Origin: Candidatus Iainarchaeum sp.
Lineage (GTDB): Archaea > Iainarchaeota > Iainarchaeia > Iainarchaeales > JAZDDZ01
Length of the DNA: 64,000 bases
Direction: 5' to 3'
NCBI GenBank assembly: GCA_043809245.1
Contig: JAZDDZ010000049.1
Coordinates: forward strand, 13,864-77,863
Shown here: piece after piece, positions 38,489-48,910 of the stretch
How positions within the stretch are numbered: the stretch's first letter is position 1
Layout: each line of letters starts with the position of its first letter
Made by a program: the position numbers and the translations under genes
The notes under the pieces: generated by a model
Told to the model about the DNA's origin: nothing
Database searches by the model: none
The model's input: the letters and a program-made list of their open reading frames with translations, nothing else

Positions 38489-39691
38489 ATGAAGAAAATA
38501 ATTCTGGTTTTGGCTGTACTGGCCTTGTTTGCAGTGCAGGCATGGGCTGTAAGCCTTGACGTCAGCTCAGTCAACTATGATCCTGTGCCAGTGGTGCCGG
38601 GAAAACTATTCAGCGTATGGGTGCAGGTGAAAAACACAAGCAAGGCTGAAGCCGAAAACGTTGTATTCAACCTTGACCTGAAATACCCTTTCAGCGTAAA
38701 GGACGGGGAAGCAAAGAAGTCAATTGGCTCGATTGCCGCGGACCAAACAGCACTGGTAAAATATGATGTGCTAGTCGCTGGAGACGCCCCGGGCGGAAGC
38801 TACGAGGTAAAATTCCAGTTCGGCGACAACAGCGGATTGGACAAGGAAATAAAGTACACCATTGACGTACAGGAAAGGGCACCACAAATAGAGGTTGTAA
38901 ACAGCTCTGTTGAAAGCGCTTCCCCTGGAAAAGACATTGACATTGCGTTAACGCTTGAAAACACAGGAAAAGGAAAAGCGACAGACGTAACCGTAACTAT
39001 TGGAAGCGGAACCCAAGCTGGCGCGGTTGCAGCAGACATACTCCCGCTTGGTTCCCCCACAAGGCATGTTGATGAAATAGAGGCAGGGGAAATGGCATTG
39101 GTTTCATTCAGGCTCAATGTATCGGACAATGCAGACCTTGCAACATACACTGTTCCGGTGAGCATTTCATTCAGCGATTATGCCTCGCAAAACCAGTTCA
39201 CTGCGCAGACATTCATCGGCTTAAAGGTCGCGGATTCGCCTGACCTTGGATTGGTGATAAGCTCTATCTCACCAGCAGCAGCTGCAGGAAAGACTTCAAC
39301 CGTAACCTTTGACATCTACAATACAGGCAACGGCGCCGCAAGATACCTTGTCATAGGCCTGGAAAGCAATAACGCGCAAATAAAGGACAGCGAAGTATTC
39401 ATCGGCACCTTGCAGGCAGACGACTTTGACTCGTTCAAAACCGATTTCACCTTTGACAGGAATTTCTCTGCGGACAACAAAATCACGGTGAAAATGATTT
39501 ACAGGGGCCAGGACAACGAGGTAAAGGAAATAGTGAAGGAACTGCCAGTTGAAGTGCAGAGCCTTTCCTCGGCAACAACAGGCTTTGCCGCTCTTTCAGG
39601 GGTTGCAGTGCCGATTGCAGCAGTAATCATAGTAATAGTGATTGCTGGGTTCTTCCTGTTGCGCGGAAGGAAAAAGAAAAGCCAGGAATGA
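38489..39691 (+). CDS. Secreted beta-rich surface protein with a C-terminal TM anchor (ABC-associated)
   Basis: Signal peptide. Repeated CARDB/DUF11-like beta segments. The C-terminal TM is followed by RGRKKK. Confidence 0.5.
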   Translation: MKKIILVLAVLALFAVQAWAVSLDVSSVNYDPVPVVPGKLFSVWVQVKNTSKAEAENVVFNLDLKYPFSVKDGEAKKSIGSIAADQTALVKYDVLVAGDAPGGSYEVKFQFGDNSGLDKEIKYTIDVQERAPQIEVVNSSVESASPGKDIDIALTLENTGKGKATDVTVTIGSGTQAGAVAADILPLGSPTRHVDEIEAGEMALVSFRLNVSDNADLATYTVPVSISFSDYASQNQFTAQTFIGLKVADSPDLGLVISSISPAAAAGKTSTVTFDIYNTGNGAARYLVIGLESNNAQIKDSEVFIGTLQADDFDSFKTDFTFDRNFSADNKITVKMIYRGQDNEVKEIVKELPVEVQSLSSATTGFAALSGVAVPIAAVIIVIVIAGFFLLRGRKKKSQE

Positions 39692-39695
39692 TTGA

Positions 39696-40901
39696 ATGCC
39701 TGACTTTGAAATATTCGCGGTGGCGCTCCGCAACCTGAGATACCAGGGCCTGCGGAGCTACCTTACTCTTCTCGGAGTAATCATCGGAATAGCCGCGATA
39801 GTTGCATTGCTTTCAATCAGCAACGGCTTCACGGCATCAATCTCAAACGAGATTGAATCCCTGGGAAGCAACACGATTTTCCTGATTCCCCTTGCAACGC
39901 AGACAGGGATTAGCTCTGCGGAAAACCTGCAGTTAAGGGACCCTGACCTTAGCAGGATTGAATCATTCACTGGGGTAAGCGCAGTTATCCCGCTTTACAG
40001 CACAAGGATGACCGTGGAACGGGGAACGGAAAAAATTACTGCGACAATTTTGGCAGGAGACCCTGATAAAACTGCGGAACTTTCAGACAGCGGCTACAAT
40101 CAAATTGCTGATGGAAGGGACCTGCAGGAAAGCGATGTTTTTTCCGTTGTAATAGGCTATGACTTTGCAAACAATGCGTTCAGCAGGGCGCTCTCAAACA
40201 AAACCTCTCTTACTATTGATGAAAAAAAATTCAGGGTTGTTGGCATACTGGAAGAAAGTTCGACTTCAATCGGCGGAGGCCCGAACTTCAACAACAGCAT
40301 TGTGATGACTGAAAAGGCATTCAAGCAGATAAGCAGCGTCACTTCACCCGCAATTGTCTTCATTAAAACCTTTTCCCCTGAGGACGTCAATTCGGTTCAG
40401 GAAAGGACGCAAAGATACTTCGACAGGAAATTCGGCGAAGGCAATTTTTTGGTGCAAAGCTCCACGCAAATACTTGAAGCAGTTAACTCTATTCTCGGGC
40501 TTGTATCACTTTTCCTTTTAGGCATTGCCGCAATCTCATTGGTGGTTGGCGGCGTTGGAATAATGAATTCAATGGTCACAGCGGCACTTGAAAGGACAAG
40601 GGAGATAGGCATAATGAAGGCAGTTGGTGCAACGGAAAACACAATAATGGGCTTGTTCCTCATAGAAGCAGGCATGATTGGATTGGTTGGAGGAATAATC
40701 GGCCTGGGCTTGGGTTACTTTGCATCGCTTTTGGTTGCGGCAATAGCGCAGTCCGCAAATTTCAGCCTAACCGCAGACCTGCCCATAGAACTGGCGCTCG
40801 GAGTGCTTGCCTTTGCAATGGTTGTGGGAATGGTTTCAGGCCTCTACCCCGCGAGAAGAGCCGCGAAATTAGACCCGGTTGAAGCGCTGAGATACGAATA
40901 G
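39696..40901 (+). CDS. ABC transporter permease, FtsX/MacB-like
   Basis: N-terminal TM, a large extracytoplasmic domain, and three C-terminal TM helices carrying the FtsX motifs. Confidence 0.8.
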   Translation: MPDFEIFAVALRNLRYQGLRSYLTLLGVIIGIAAIVALLSISNGFTASISNEIESLGSNTIFLIPLATQTGISSAENLQLRDPDLSRIESFTGVSAVIPLYSTRMTVERGTEKITATILAGDPDKTAELSDSGYNQIADGRDLQESDVFSVVIGYDFANNAFSRALSNKTSLTIDEKKFRVVGILEESSTSIGGGPNFNNSIVMTEKAFKQISSVTSPAIVFIKTFSPEDVNSVQERTQRYFDRKFGEGNFLVQSSTQILEAVNSILGLVSLFLLGIAAISLVVGGVGIMNSMVTAALERTREIGIMKAVGATENTIMGLFLIEAGMIGLVGGIIGLGLGYFASLLVAAIAQSANFSLTADLPIELALGVLAFAMVVGMVSGLYPARRAAKLDPVEALRYE

Positions 40902-41221
40902 TGCAAGCGGCAAACAGGCTTAAATCAAAATATCACCATCACTCGAAACAATCGCATTCAGCCAGCCCTCCCTGATGATTCTCGGATAGCCAACCACTGC
41001 AATCACACGGTTAAAATTACCGTTAACCTTAATGCAATCCACTTCATTCTCAACAAAAGAAGGCTTAATCAGCTGAGGCAACAAATTCTTCTGAACATCG
41101 CTATGCTTAGCGGCATTACCATTAAAACCGAACATAAAGAATAAGCGCAAACCCAAATATATAACGCTATTGGGACTATAGGTACGGATAAAGAGTAAAA
41201 ATATATTATGCGCCGCCAACC

Positions 41222-42755
41222 GTAAGTGCTAACCGCTTATGGCTTTTTTGAGGGTTGGGTAGAGGGGTTTGCCTTGTTGTTTCCATGTGGCGAACATGGA
41301 GGCGATTGTTTCGAATGTTCGTGCGCCGGTTTCGCGGCGCAGTCCGCCAATGATTTTTCTGATTACTATAAGTTCGCGTAGTGCTCTTTCTGCAATGTTG
41401 TTTGTTGGTTCTACAAACAAGTGAATGAGGCATGTGAAAAGTGAAGGTATTGCGTTTCGCAGTTTGACTGCGAATGTTCGGTATTCTTTGTGCCCGTCAA
41501 GCGCGTCAGCTATTTGTGTTGTCTTTGTTTCGAGTTCTTGTTTGAGTTGCAGTCTTTTTTGTAGTGGCGGCGGATTTGCGCGTATGCGTTTTATTGTTTT
41601 GAATATGTTGTCGAGGTTGGCGTGGTGGCATTTGTATAGGGTGTAGTTGTCGTTGAGTTCTTTTGATTCTCTGATAATGTGTGCCCAGCAGCGTTGTTGT
41701 CCTGAACCGATTTTTTTGTAGGCTGTGTGCCCGTCACTGCCCATTATTCCTGTGTAATTGTTGCCTAAGATTTCTTTTGGAATAGAATCGTTTCTGTGTT
41801 TGCGAATAACGTAAATGGTTTGTTGTTCGCCTACAAAAGTCCATAGCCAATGGGTTTTGCCGTTGATTTTGATTTCTGTTTCATCTCCGTTTACAACTCT
41901 TGATGCACGTAGTAACAGTATCTGCTTTTGGTATTCTGGTGTGAGGGCGCTTGCTGTTCTTTTGGAAATGTTGTGCACGCAGACATTTGTCAGGTTCAAT
42001 CCCTGGCGTTGCAGTGCAGTCACTGTTTTGCGCAGTGGCAATCTGTCTTCAAATCGAAACAAAACCGTAAGCGTTTCTGCATTGTGTCCAAACATGCCTT
42101 TTGGCAAACCGGTTTTGGCTCTGGCTTTTTTGTGGCAGTGAGGGCACGCGTAATGTGAAATCAAATGTTCAGTGGCTTGTATTGGTTGTGGCTTTGGAAT
42201 CTCCTCAATGATGCGGCGCTCTATTTTGAACGGTTTTTTCAGTTTGTGACTGCAGTGCGGGCAGGCATCGAGTTTGTGCTCAACGGTTTTTGTTGGTTCT
42301 GGTTGTTCACGCGCATACTTTGGATGCCCTTCGGGTGCACCGAGTTTTCCACTTGGTTCTTTTGGCTCGCGCTTTTTTTTGCTCAGGCTGGGGGGCGTGT
42401 GTGCATTCTCGTATGCAAGTAATCTGCGTTCAAGTCCTATTATTTTTTTCTGCATTGCCAAAAGTTGCTTTCTCAGTTCCAAGTTCTCCGCTTCAAGCTG
42501 CTCTATCCTTTTGTAGAGTGCTTCCTCGTTCATTCTATCAACACCGCCCGCACTCTCTTGCCAATCCACTTTTTTGGAACGTAAATCCTGCCGCTGTTGC
42601 CGCTGGACTCGGCAACCTTTTCAAGAACCTCAAAACCCTCCATGCGCAGAGAAATTGTCTTTTTCATGGTAGCTACTTTGTAGCTACAATATGCGTTTAA
42701 ACATATCTATCAGCCAAAACAACCAAAAGGAAGTCAAAAATCGTTAGCAGTTACC
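41222..42755 (-). mobile_element. IS66-family insertion sequence (single-ORF type, 1534 bp) with imperfect terminal inverted repeats and an 8-bp target-site duplication CGCCAACC
   Basis: Left end GTAAGTGCTAAC... Right end ...GTTAGCAGTTAC (11/12 inverted match). Flanks CGCCAACC at 41214..41221 and at 42756..42763. Confidence 0.7.
41229..42569 (-). CDS. IS66-family transposase (TnpC-like DDE)
   Basis: N-terminal leucine zipper. Zn finger CPHC...CPHC. DDE region with VVNGDET, GSDGHTAY and CWAHIIRE. Confidence 0.8.
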   Translation of the reverse strand: MDWQESAGGVDRMNEEALYKRIEQLEAENLELRKQLLAMQKKIIGLERRLLAYENAHTPPSLSKKKREPKEPSGKLGAPEGHPKYAREQPEPTKTVEHKLDACPHCSHKLKKPFKIERRIIEEIPKPQPIQATEHLISHYACPHCHKKARAKTGLPKGMFGHNAETLTVLFRFEDRLPLRKTVTALQRQGLNLTNVCVHNISKRTASALTPEYQKQILLLRASRVVNGDETEIKINGKTHWLWTFVGEQQTIYVIRKHRNDSIPKEILGNNYTGIMGSDGHTAYKKIGSGQQRCWAHIIRESKELNDNYTLYKCHHANLDNIFKTIKRIRANPPPLQKRLQLKQELETKTTQIADALDGHKEYRTFAVKLRNAIPSLFTCLIHLFVEPTNNIAERALRELIVIRKIIGGLRRETGARTFETIASMFATWKQQGKPLYPTLKKAISG

Positions 42756-42798
42756 GCCAACCCAAAAAAATATTAATGGCATTAGTCATTGTTTTATC

Positions 42799-43788
42799 AT
42801 GGGACTAGCAAAAAATCGCGTAAGGGAACTTTATGGCAAATTAAGGCAAGGCGCAGCGGTTCATTCAAGGGCAGTAAGGCTCTTTGGCGAAACCCCCAGA
42901 AAACCAGTAAAAGAGCTTTTCAGGGAAGCGGTTTCCGGAACACAGTTGACACCAAACCAGAGGGCATATCTGCTGAATACTTTTAAACATTTAAAAGAAA
43001 ACCACCGTTTGGTTGAAAAAACCCGCAAAGAAGTATCCGCCGAAGAATTGCTGGCAATGTGCTTCAGGGGCCTTGGATTAAAACCGGAAAGCGTTGAAAA
43101 CCCTTTGAATGACTTAAAAATCAAAGAGCTTTTAGAAAGAAGCAAAGGAAAATCCGGCTTAATTCTTGTATCTGGCGAACAGTTAAGAAATAAGCCGAAA
43201 AGGTCAACAGACGCATTCGGGCTTACACTGACAATCGACAACCCAACGTATGAAAGATTGAAAAGCCGTGCACAGGAAATCGGCTTAATGACTGAAGGCT
43301 ATGTCGGGGCTTTCTGTTCGCCCCTGGTTTTTATGGACCCAATAACAAAAGAAGTCAATAAAGTGTTGCTGACAATAATGCCTGAAAAAATGGTGGTGCC
43401 TGAAGCAAGGTCTGAAGTAGAAGAACATGAAAGAATCCACAGGGAAAACGTTGCATTAGGAATCGGAAGAAAAAGCATAGGCGCGCCAAAAAACCGAACA
43501 GAAGCAAGGGAATGGGTAAGCAATCAACTGAAACAGGAATTCATAGCCTCAGCCAACGACGGGCACACGGCACCAGTCAGAGAAATAATGAGGCAATTAT
43601 TCGCCCAACAAGAAGACATTATCAGGGAATCACTAAGTGAACAAGAAATCCGGGATTTTTTGGAAATTCCCCGTTTGATTGACGAATCCTTCATTAAAAT
43701 ACCCAGAAACGAATTAGTGTCAATAATCAGGACAACGCCATTAACAAAACTACGGAAAAGGCTGCAGGGCGTATTAACTTACACCTAA
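42799..43788 (+). CDS. Hypothetical protein
   Basis: ORF begins 36 nt after the IS target duplication; no motif recognized. Confidence 0.4.
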   Translation: MGLAKNRVRELYGKLRQGAAVHSRAVRLFGETPRKPVKELFREAVSGTQLTPNQRAYLLNTFKHLKENHRLVEKTRKEVSAEELLAMCFRGLGLKPESVENPLNDLKIKELLERSKGKSGLILVSGEQLRNKPKRSTDAFGLTLTIDNPTYERLKSRAQEIGLMTEGYVGAFCSPLVFMDPITKEVNKVLLTIMPEKMVVPEARSEVEEHERIHRENVALGIGRKSIGAPKNRTEAREWVSNQLKQEFIASANDGHTAPVREIMRQLFAQQEDIIRESLSEQEIRDFLEIPRLIDESFIKIPRNELVSIIRTTPLTKLRKRLQGVLTYT

Positions 43789-44096
43789 ATCCTCTTTTTT
43801 CTGTTAACCAGTTCATTGAAATCCTCCTTATCCTGCCTTAACCTGTCAATTTTTACGTTCATTAACCCGTCGCCTATAACCGCGATGATTTTGTTCAGTT
43901 TTTTCAGCTCTACGGGAATCTCCTGTATTGCCTTCTTTGTTTTGCCATTAATTTTGCCCACTTTTCTTAGCCTCCGAAAATTTTTCAAGCAATGTAACAA
44001 GAAACACGCAGCCTTGTGAGAAAAACAAGCACCCTTATTCCTATCGGAATATTTAATTCAATAATTATTATTAAGCTTGGCTGCGTTTATTGCTTC

Positions 44097-45278
44097 ATGC
44101 CAAAGACTTTTTCTGAAATAAATGAACGCATAAGGAAAGGCGAAGCCATTGTCTTGACGGCGGAGGAAGCGATTGAAGCAGTTGAAAGAGATGGCTTGGA
44201 GAAGGCAGCTAAAGAAATTGATGTTGTAACCACTGCCACTTTTGGCCCGATGTGCAGCAGCGGAGCTTTTTTGAACACTGGGCACAGCAACCCGAGGATG
44301 AAGATTCAGTACGCTTGGCTGAATGACGTGAACGCTTACGCTGGAATTGCAGCAGTCGACCTGTACATTGGCGCAACGGAGCTGCAGAGGAATGATCCCG
44401 CGAACAGCAAGTATCCCGGCGAATTCCGTTACGGCGGCGGGCATGTAATCGAGGACTTGATTGCGGGAAAGGATGTTTTGCTGAAGGCGACTTCTTATGG
44501 AACGGATTGTTATCCGAGAAAAGAATTGGAGACATGGATTAACTTAAAGGATTTGAACGAGGCAGTGCTGGTCAATCCAAGGAATGCTTACCAGAACTAT
44601 AATGTCGCGGTGAATGTTTCAGGCAAAACGATTTACACTTACATGGGAAAGCTTTTGCCGAATTTAGGCAATGCGAATTATTGTTCCGCGGGGCAGTTGA
44701 GCCCTTTGCTTAAGGACCCTTATTACAAGACAATCGGGATTGGTTCAAGGATTTTTTTAGGCGGAGCGCAGGGATATGTTTACTGGCAGGGAACACAGCA
44801 TAATCCTGTAACGGAGAGAAACGAGAAAGGAATTCCAATTGGGGGCGCGGGAACAATTGCTGTTGCAGGAAACTTAAAGGAAATGAGTACAAAATTCATT
44901 CGCGGAGTGAGCATGACAGGATATGGAGTGAGCCTTGCAGTCGGAATAGGCTTGCCGATTCCAATCCTTGATGTGGAGATTTTGAAATCAGCTGCGGCAA
45001 AAGACGAGGACATTTTTGCGCCGGTCGTTGATTACAGCGGCGATTACCCAAACAACGTGAACAACATTCTTGGAAAGGTCAGTTACGCTGAACTAAAATC
45101 TGGGAGCATTGAGGTTAAGGGAAAAAAATTGCCTGTCGGCTGCCTGAGCAGCTATAAGAAGGCGCGCGAAATTGCCTTGTTGCTGAAGCGGCAGGTTTCA
45201 AAAGGGGATTTTTTGCTTTCAGAGCCAGTGCAGAAACTGCCTTTGGATTCCAAGTTCAAGGCATTGAAGCCGAGGTAA
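44097..45278 (+). CDS. Homocysteine biosynthesis protein, DUF39/COG1900 family (sulfide-dependent route, MA1821-like)
   Basis: Conserved GGAQGYV and GAGTIAVAGN regions. It is immediately followed by the NIL-ferredoxin partner gene. The track ORF starts at 44016; the Met at 44097 is preferred. Confidence 0.7.
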   Translation: MPKTFSEINERIRKGEAIVLTAEEAIEAVERDGLEKAAKEIDVVTTATFGPMCSSGAFLNTGHSNPRMKIQYAWLNDVNAYAGIAAVDLYIGATELQRNDPANSKYPGEFRYGGGHVIEDLIAGKDVLLKATSYGTDCYPRKELETWINLKDLNEAVLVNPRNAYQNYNVAVNVSGKTIYTYMGKLLPNLGNANYCSAGQLSPLLKDPYYKTIGIGSRIFLGGAQGYVYWQGTQHNPVTERNEKGIPIGGAGTIAVAGNLKEMSTKFIRGVSMTGYGVSLAVGIGLPIPILDVEILKSAAAKDEDIFAPVVDYSGDYPNNVNNILGKVSYAELKSGSIEVKGKKLPVGCLSSYKKAREIALLLKRQVSKGDFLLSEPVQKLPLDSKFKALKPR

Positions 45279-45344
45279 GCTTGGTGAATGGGTGAAAATG
45301 ATATGTTTATTTATTTGTTCAACAAGCTTAGGGGCGTGAAATGA

Positions 45345-45752
45345 ATGGCGAAAAAAAAACTTTTGCTTGATTTTCCACAGGACGTTGTTTCAAAGCCAAT
45401 CACTTACAGGCTGATAAAGGACTATGGCTTGATTGTCAACATCTTCAAGGCAAGGTTTACTCCGGAAGAAAAAGGGGAACTGGGCCTGGAGGTCGAAGGC
45501 GATTCGGGGAAAATAAGCGAAGCGCTTGAGTTTTTGAAGAAAGAAGGAGTGAAGGTCACGCCGCTTGAAAAACGCGTTGAGCAGTTGAAGGAATTATGCA
45601 CTGACTGCGGCGCCTGCTTAAGCCTCTGCCCGATAAAGGCAATTTCAAGGGACCCTAAAAGCTTTGACGTGAAGCTTGACAGCGAAAAATGCATTGCCTG
45701 CGAGTTATGCGTTGACGCATGCCCTTTGAACGCGATTAAGGTAAATTTTTAG
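45345..45752 (+). CDS. NIL domain + 2x[4Fe-4S] ferredoxin protein (MA1822-like partner of DUF39)
   Basis: NIL-like N-terminus. CTDCGACLSLCP and CIACELCVDACP cluster motifs. Confidence 0.7.
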   Translation: MAKKKLLLDFPQDVVSKPITYRLIKDYGLIVNIFKARFTPEEKGELGLEVEGDSGKISEALEFLKKEGVKVTPLEKRVEQLKELCTDCGACLSLCPIKAISRDPKSFDVKLDSEKCIACELCVDACPLNAIKVNF

Positions 45753-45757
45753 GTGCA

Positions 45758-46489
45758 TTGATGCCTGAACTGCTGCGTGAAGAATTCACTTTAAGGGAAA
45801 CGAAAGTGAAAATAATCAGCGATTCGCAGCAGGGAATAACCGCTGCAAAAGAGAAGATTTTTTCGGAAAGGAAAGCACTTGAAGCATACACCAAAATTCA
45901 CCCTGAATTCCTTTCATCGCTTAAGCCATTGAAATTAAAAAAAGGCGCGCCGAAAATCGCAAAAGAAATGGCTTCCGCTGCCTTGCTTGCGGGCGTTGGC
46001 CCAATGGCAGCGGTTGCAGGCGCAATAGCGGAGCACGCGTGCAAGGCAATGGTTGAAGCAGGAGCAAAAACCGCGCTGGTTGAAAATGGCGGAGACTGCT
46101 TTGCGGTTGCAAATCAACCAATTACTGTTGGGCTTTTTGCAGGAAACAATTTGTTGAAGGACAGGCTTGCGTTCAGGCTGGAGAAAGGAACGCGGATTTC
46201 TTTTTGTTCCAGCAGCGGAACAATGGGCCACAGCTTTAGCCTCGGAAAATGCGACTTGGCGACTGTTTTCGCAAAAAAAGGCGCGGTGGCTGACGCTTTC
46301 GCCACAGCGCTTGCAAACAGGATTAAAGGAGAAGAAGACATCGCTAAAGCGCTGCGCTGGCTGAAAAAAAGCAAAAAAGTAGCAGGCGCGATTGCGGTCA
46401 AGGCAGGAAAAATCGGTTTCTGCGGAAAAATTCCGCGCCTGGTGAAAAACGCTGACACCGCGCTTTCAGCAAAAATAACCTCGTTTTAA
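45758..46489 (+). CDS. UPF0280/ApbE-superfamily-like protein
   Basis: Gly/Ala-rich AAVAGAIAEHA and SSSGTMGHSFSLGKCD resemble the UPF0280 family. Confidence 0.45.
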   Translation: MMPELLREEFTLRETKVKIISDSQQGITAAKEKIFSERKALEAYTKIHPEFLSSLKPLKLKKGAPKIAKEMASAALLAGVGPMAAVAGAIAEHACKAMVEAGAKTALVENGGDCFAVANQPITVGLFAGNNLLKDRLAFRLEKGTRISFCSSSGTMGHSFSLGKCDLATVFAKKGAVADAFATALANRIKGEEDIAKALRWLKKSKKVAGAIAVKAGKIGFCGKIPRLVKNADTALSAKITSF

Positions 46490-46564
46490 GCGGGTGAAAA
46501 GCTTTAAATAGCACTAAAGCGTTTATCTTTTCAGTTAAATGCAAAATTAAAGGAGGTGAAATGA

Positions 46565-46870
46565 ATGCAAACTGTTAAAAAAATTGACCCAATGTCTTTG
46601 GCGAAGCTTGAAGCAGCAGTGATGGCGATAATCTACCTTATAGTTGGAATACTTTTCACGCTTTTCGCTGGCTTGCTTGGAGGGCTGATTTCAGTTCTGC
46701 CCGGGGCAAACGCAGGCGCTTTCGCAGGAGGCATTATTGGCGGATTGATTACGACTGTATTGCTGGTTATCTTCGGCTTGATTGCCGGGTTCATTGGCGG
46801 ATACATCGTGGCATTGATTTACAATTTCGCGGCAGACAAAGTGGGCGGGGTTCAGATAGAACTCGCCTGA
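46565..46870 (+). CDS. Small Gly-rich membrane protein
   Basis: Two or three TM helices with GG.IGG repeats. Confidence 0.4.
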   Translation: MQTVKKIDPMSLAKLEAAVMAIIYLIVGILFTLFAGLLGGLISVLPGANAGAFAGGIIGGLITTVLLVIFGLIAGFIGGYIVALIYNFAADKVGGVQIELA

Positions 46871-46959
46871 TTTTTATTGAAGCTAGCAAAAAGGGCTTTT
46901 GCCCTTTTCTTTTTCTTTTTTTCAATTGTTTTTTAAACATCTCACTGCCAAATTGATTT

Positions 46960-48060
46960 ATGCGCATTGCAAGGGTTTTCGGCATTTCCATTGAACTGCA
47001 CCAGACATTCATCTGGCTTATTGTTTTGGCTGCAGTGCTGCTCGCGGTTTTATCCCCTGAAATGTTCTTTTCAACAATGCTGCTTTTGTTTTTCCTATTC
47101 GCAAGCGTTTTGGTGCACGAATTGTTCCATTCCTTTGTGGCAATCGCAAGGGGAGGGAAAATTCAGAGAATCGTTTTGCTTCCAATTGGCGGGATATCCA
47201 TGGCGGATGAAATGCCTGACAAGCCATTGGATGAATTCCTTATAGCAATTGCAGGGCCATTGTTCAATTTCCTTGTGGTCATTGCAATCCTTTTGCTTGT
47301 TGCGATTTTTCCCCAACTGCCTTTCCCGCAAAACCTTTTCTCCGACCTTGCAGGAACAGGTTTGGAGGACGCGGTTTTCCAGTTCCCCTTGTTTGCATTG
47401 CTTTGGGTGAACCTGATTCTGGGGGCATTCAATTTGTTCCTTCCGGCTTTCCCTTTGGACGGCGGAAGGGTGTTAAGGGCAATTCTTGCAGCATTCCTCG
47501 GCAATGTCAAGGCGACAAGAATTGCCTCTATTATCGGACGGTTTCTTGCTGGCGTGCTTTTCATTGCGGGCTTTTTAATAGGCGACTTCATTGTTTTGAT
47601 AATCGCGGTCTTCATTTTTTTGGGCGCGGGGCAGGAAAACGAATTCGTTGAATTAAGGGAATTAATGAAGGGCATTGAACTGGAGCCAGTCATAAACAAA
47701 AGGCCACTGGTTTTGAACGGCAACACAAACCTTGAGGACGCATCCAAGTTAATGCAGCAAATGAACAAGCCTTTTCTTCTCGTTGACATGGGTGACGCAT
47801 TGGGCTTCATAAGCAGCGGAACGCTTTCATCGATTAAGAAAAGCGCCTGGTGGGAAACAAAGGCAATGGATGCATCCAAGAGGATTCCCATAATTGACCT
47901 CAAAAAGGACGCGAAAAAAATCGCCTTAAACCTGTTTGCAAAAAACTTTCCCGCGCTAGCGGTTGTTGGCGAAAAAAGCCATTTCATCGGAATAATAGAG
48001 GCCGAAGCGCTCCAGAACCTGATTGCACTGGCAAGGTTAAAAAACAAAACAGCGCAATAA
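46960..48060 (+). CDS. Site-2 protease (M50) family zinc metalloprotease with C-terminal CBS domain pair
   Basis: HELFHSF (HExxH) in a TM helix. LDGGRV motif. The C-terminal 120 aa are CBS-like. Confidence 0.8.
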   Translation: MRIARVFGISIELHQTFIWLIVLAAVLLAVLSPEMFFSTMLLLFFLFASVLVHELFHSFVAIARGGKIQRIVLLPIGGISMADEMPDKPLDEFLIAIAGPLFNFLVVIAILLLVAIFPQLPFPQNLFSDLAGTGLEDAVFQFPLFALLWVNLILGAFNLFLPAFPLDGGRVLRAILAAFLGNVKATRIASIIGRFLAGVLFIAGFLIGDFIVLIIAVFIFLGAGQENEFVELRELMKGIELEPVINKRPLVLNGNTNLEDASKLMQQMNKPFLLVDMGDALGFISSGTLSSIKKSAWWETKAMDASKRIPIIDLKKDAKKIALNLFAKNFPALAVVGEKSHFIGIIEAEALQNLIALARLKNKTAQ

Positions 48061-48086
48061 ATTGTTGCATAAGAGAGGCTAAAAGA

Positions 48087-48746
48087 ATGAGGCTATCAAG
48101 CAGAACTGGTAAGCTAAGAAAGATTAATATACGTGGAGAACACGCAAAAGTAAAGTCAGTCGGCTGGTTCAAACGCAGAAAAATAGGCGGGTTCCCGCCC
48201 ATTGAGCTTGTTAGGAGAAATGCTTTCGCAAAAAATCATCCCGCATACAGTGCGGCAATGTGCATCGCACATCTGCTTTACCCTGAAAATTTTATCGAAT
48301 TGATTTCAAGCGGCTTGGATAAAAAAACAACTTATTCCAAGAAAGTCGAGCTTAAGGAAGAAAGCCAGAAAGGAATAGAAGATGCATACCGTTTTTTAGG
48401 GAGCAAAGAAATATTTTACAAGCATTCCGAAGAAGTCAAAACAGAGGCAGAGGAATTGTCTAAAAAAATATTCAATAAAAGCGGAATCTTAGCAAATTTT
48501 AATGAAATTAACGTTGGCCGCAGAAAAGAAGGGAGGGCTTTAATTTTTTTTGAAGTGGAAGTAGTATACGTGCCCCGCTTGGGGAGAAAAATTAATTCAA
48601 TGCCAAATGGGCTAAAAAAGAAACAAGCACTCGCTTTGTTTGAATTAATTAAAAAAGAGGCTGGCTCTAAAGAATTAATTCAAGTGCATGCTGTCGGAGA
48701 AGGTGAGGTTTTAATATCGGAACTTAAACGCGAAGGGTTTTTATAA
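48087..48746 (+). CDS. Hypothetical protein
   Basis: ORF only. Confidence 0.35.
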   Translation: MRLSSRTGKLRKINIRGEHAKVKSVGWFKRRKIGGFPPIELVRRNAFAKNHPAYSAAMCIAHLLYPENFIELISSGLDKKTTYSKKVELKEESQKGIEDAYRFLGSKEIFYKHSEEVKTEAEELSKKIFNKSGILANFNEINVGRRKEGRALIFFEVEVVYVPRLGRKINSMPNGLKKKQALALFELIKKEAGSKELIQVHAVGEGEVLISELKREGFL

Positions 48747-48782
48747 AAACAGCACGCAAAACTAGTTATTTAGTGGTTTTTT

Positions 48783-48865
48783 GCCGGGGTAGGAAAGCGG
48801 CTTAATCCACCTGCCTCGAGAGCAGGAGTCCGAAAGGACACGTGGGTTCGAATCCCACCCCCGGC
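48783..48865 (+). tRNA. tRNA-Ser: tRNA-Ser(CGA), class II with a 14-nt variable arm
   Basis: Manual fold: acceptor GCCGGGG/CCCCGGC, anticodon loop CTCGAGA, variable stem GTCC/GGAC, T-loop TTCGAAT, discriminator G. Confidence 0.8.
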
Positions 48866-48910
48866 GCAGATTCTCTTTCTTTTGGTCAAGCTTTTCTTTA
48901 GAAAAGGTTG

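Noticed and set aside
40920-41219. 99-aa minus-strand ORF just outside the IS66 left end
   Set aside because: No motif. It abuts the IS target site and is probably intergenic or remnant sequence.
47163-48047. 294-aa minus-strand ORF antisense to the S2P protease
   Set aside because: Shadow ORF opposite a gene with HExxH/LDG motifs.
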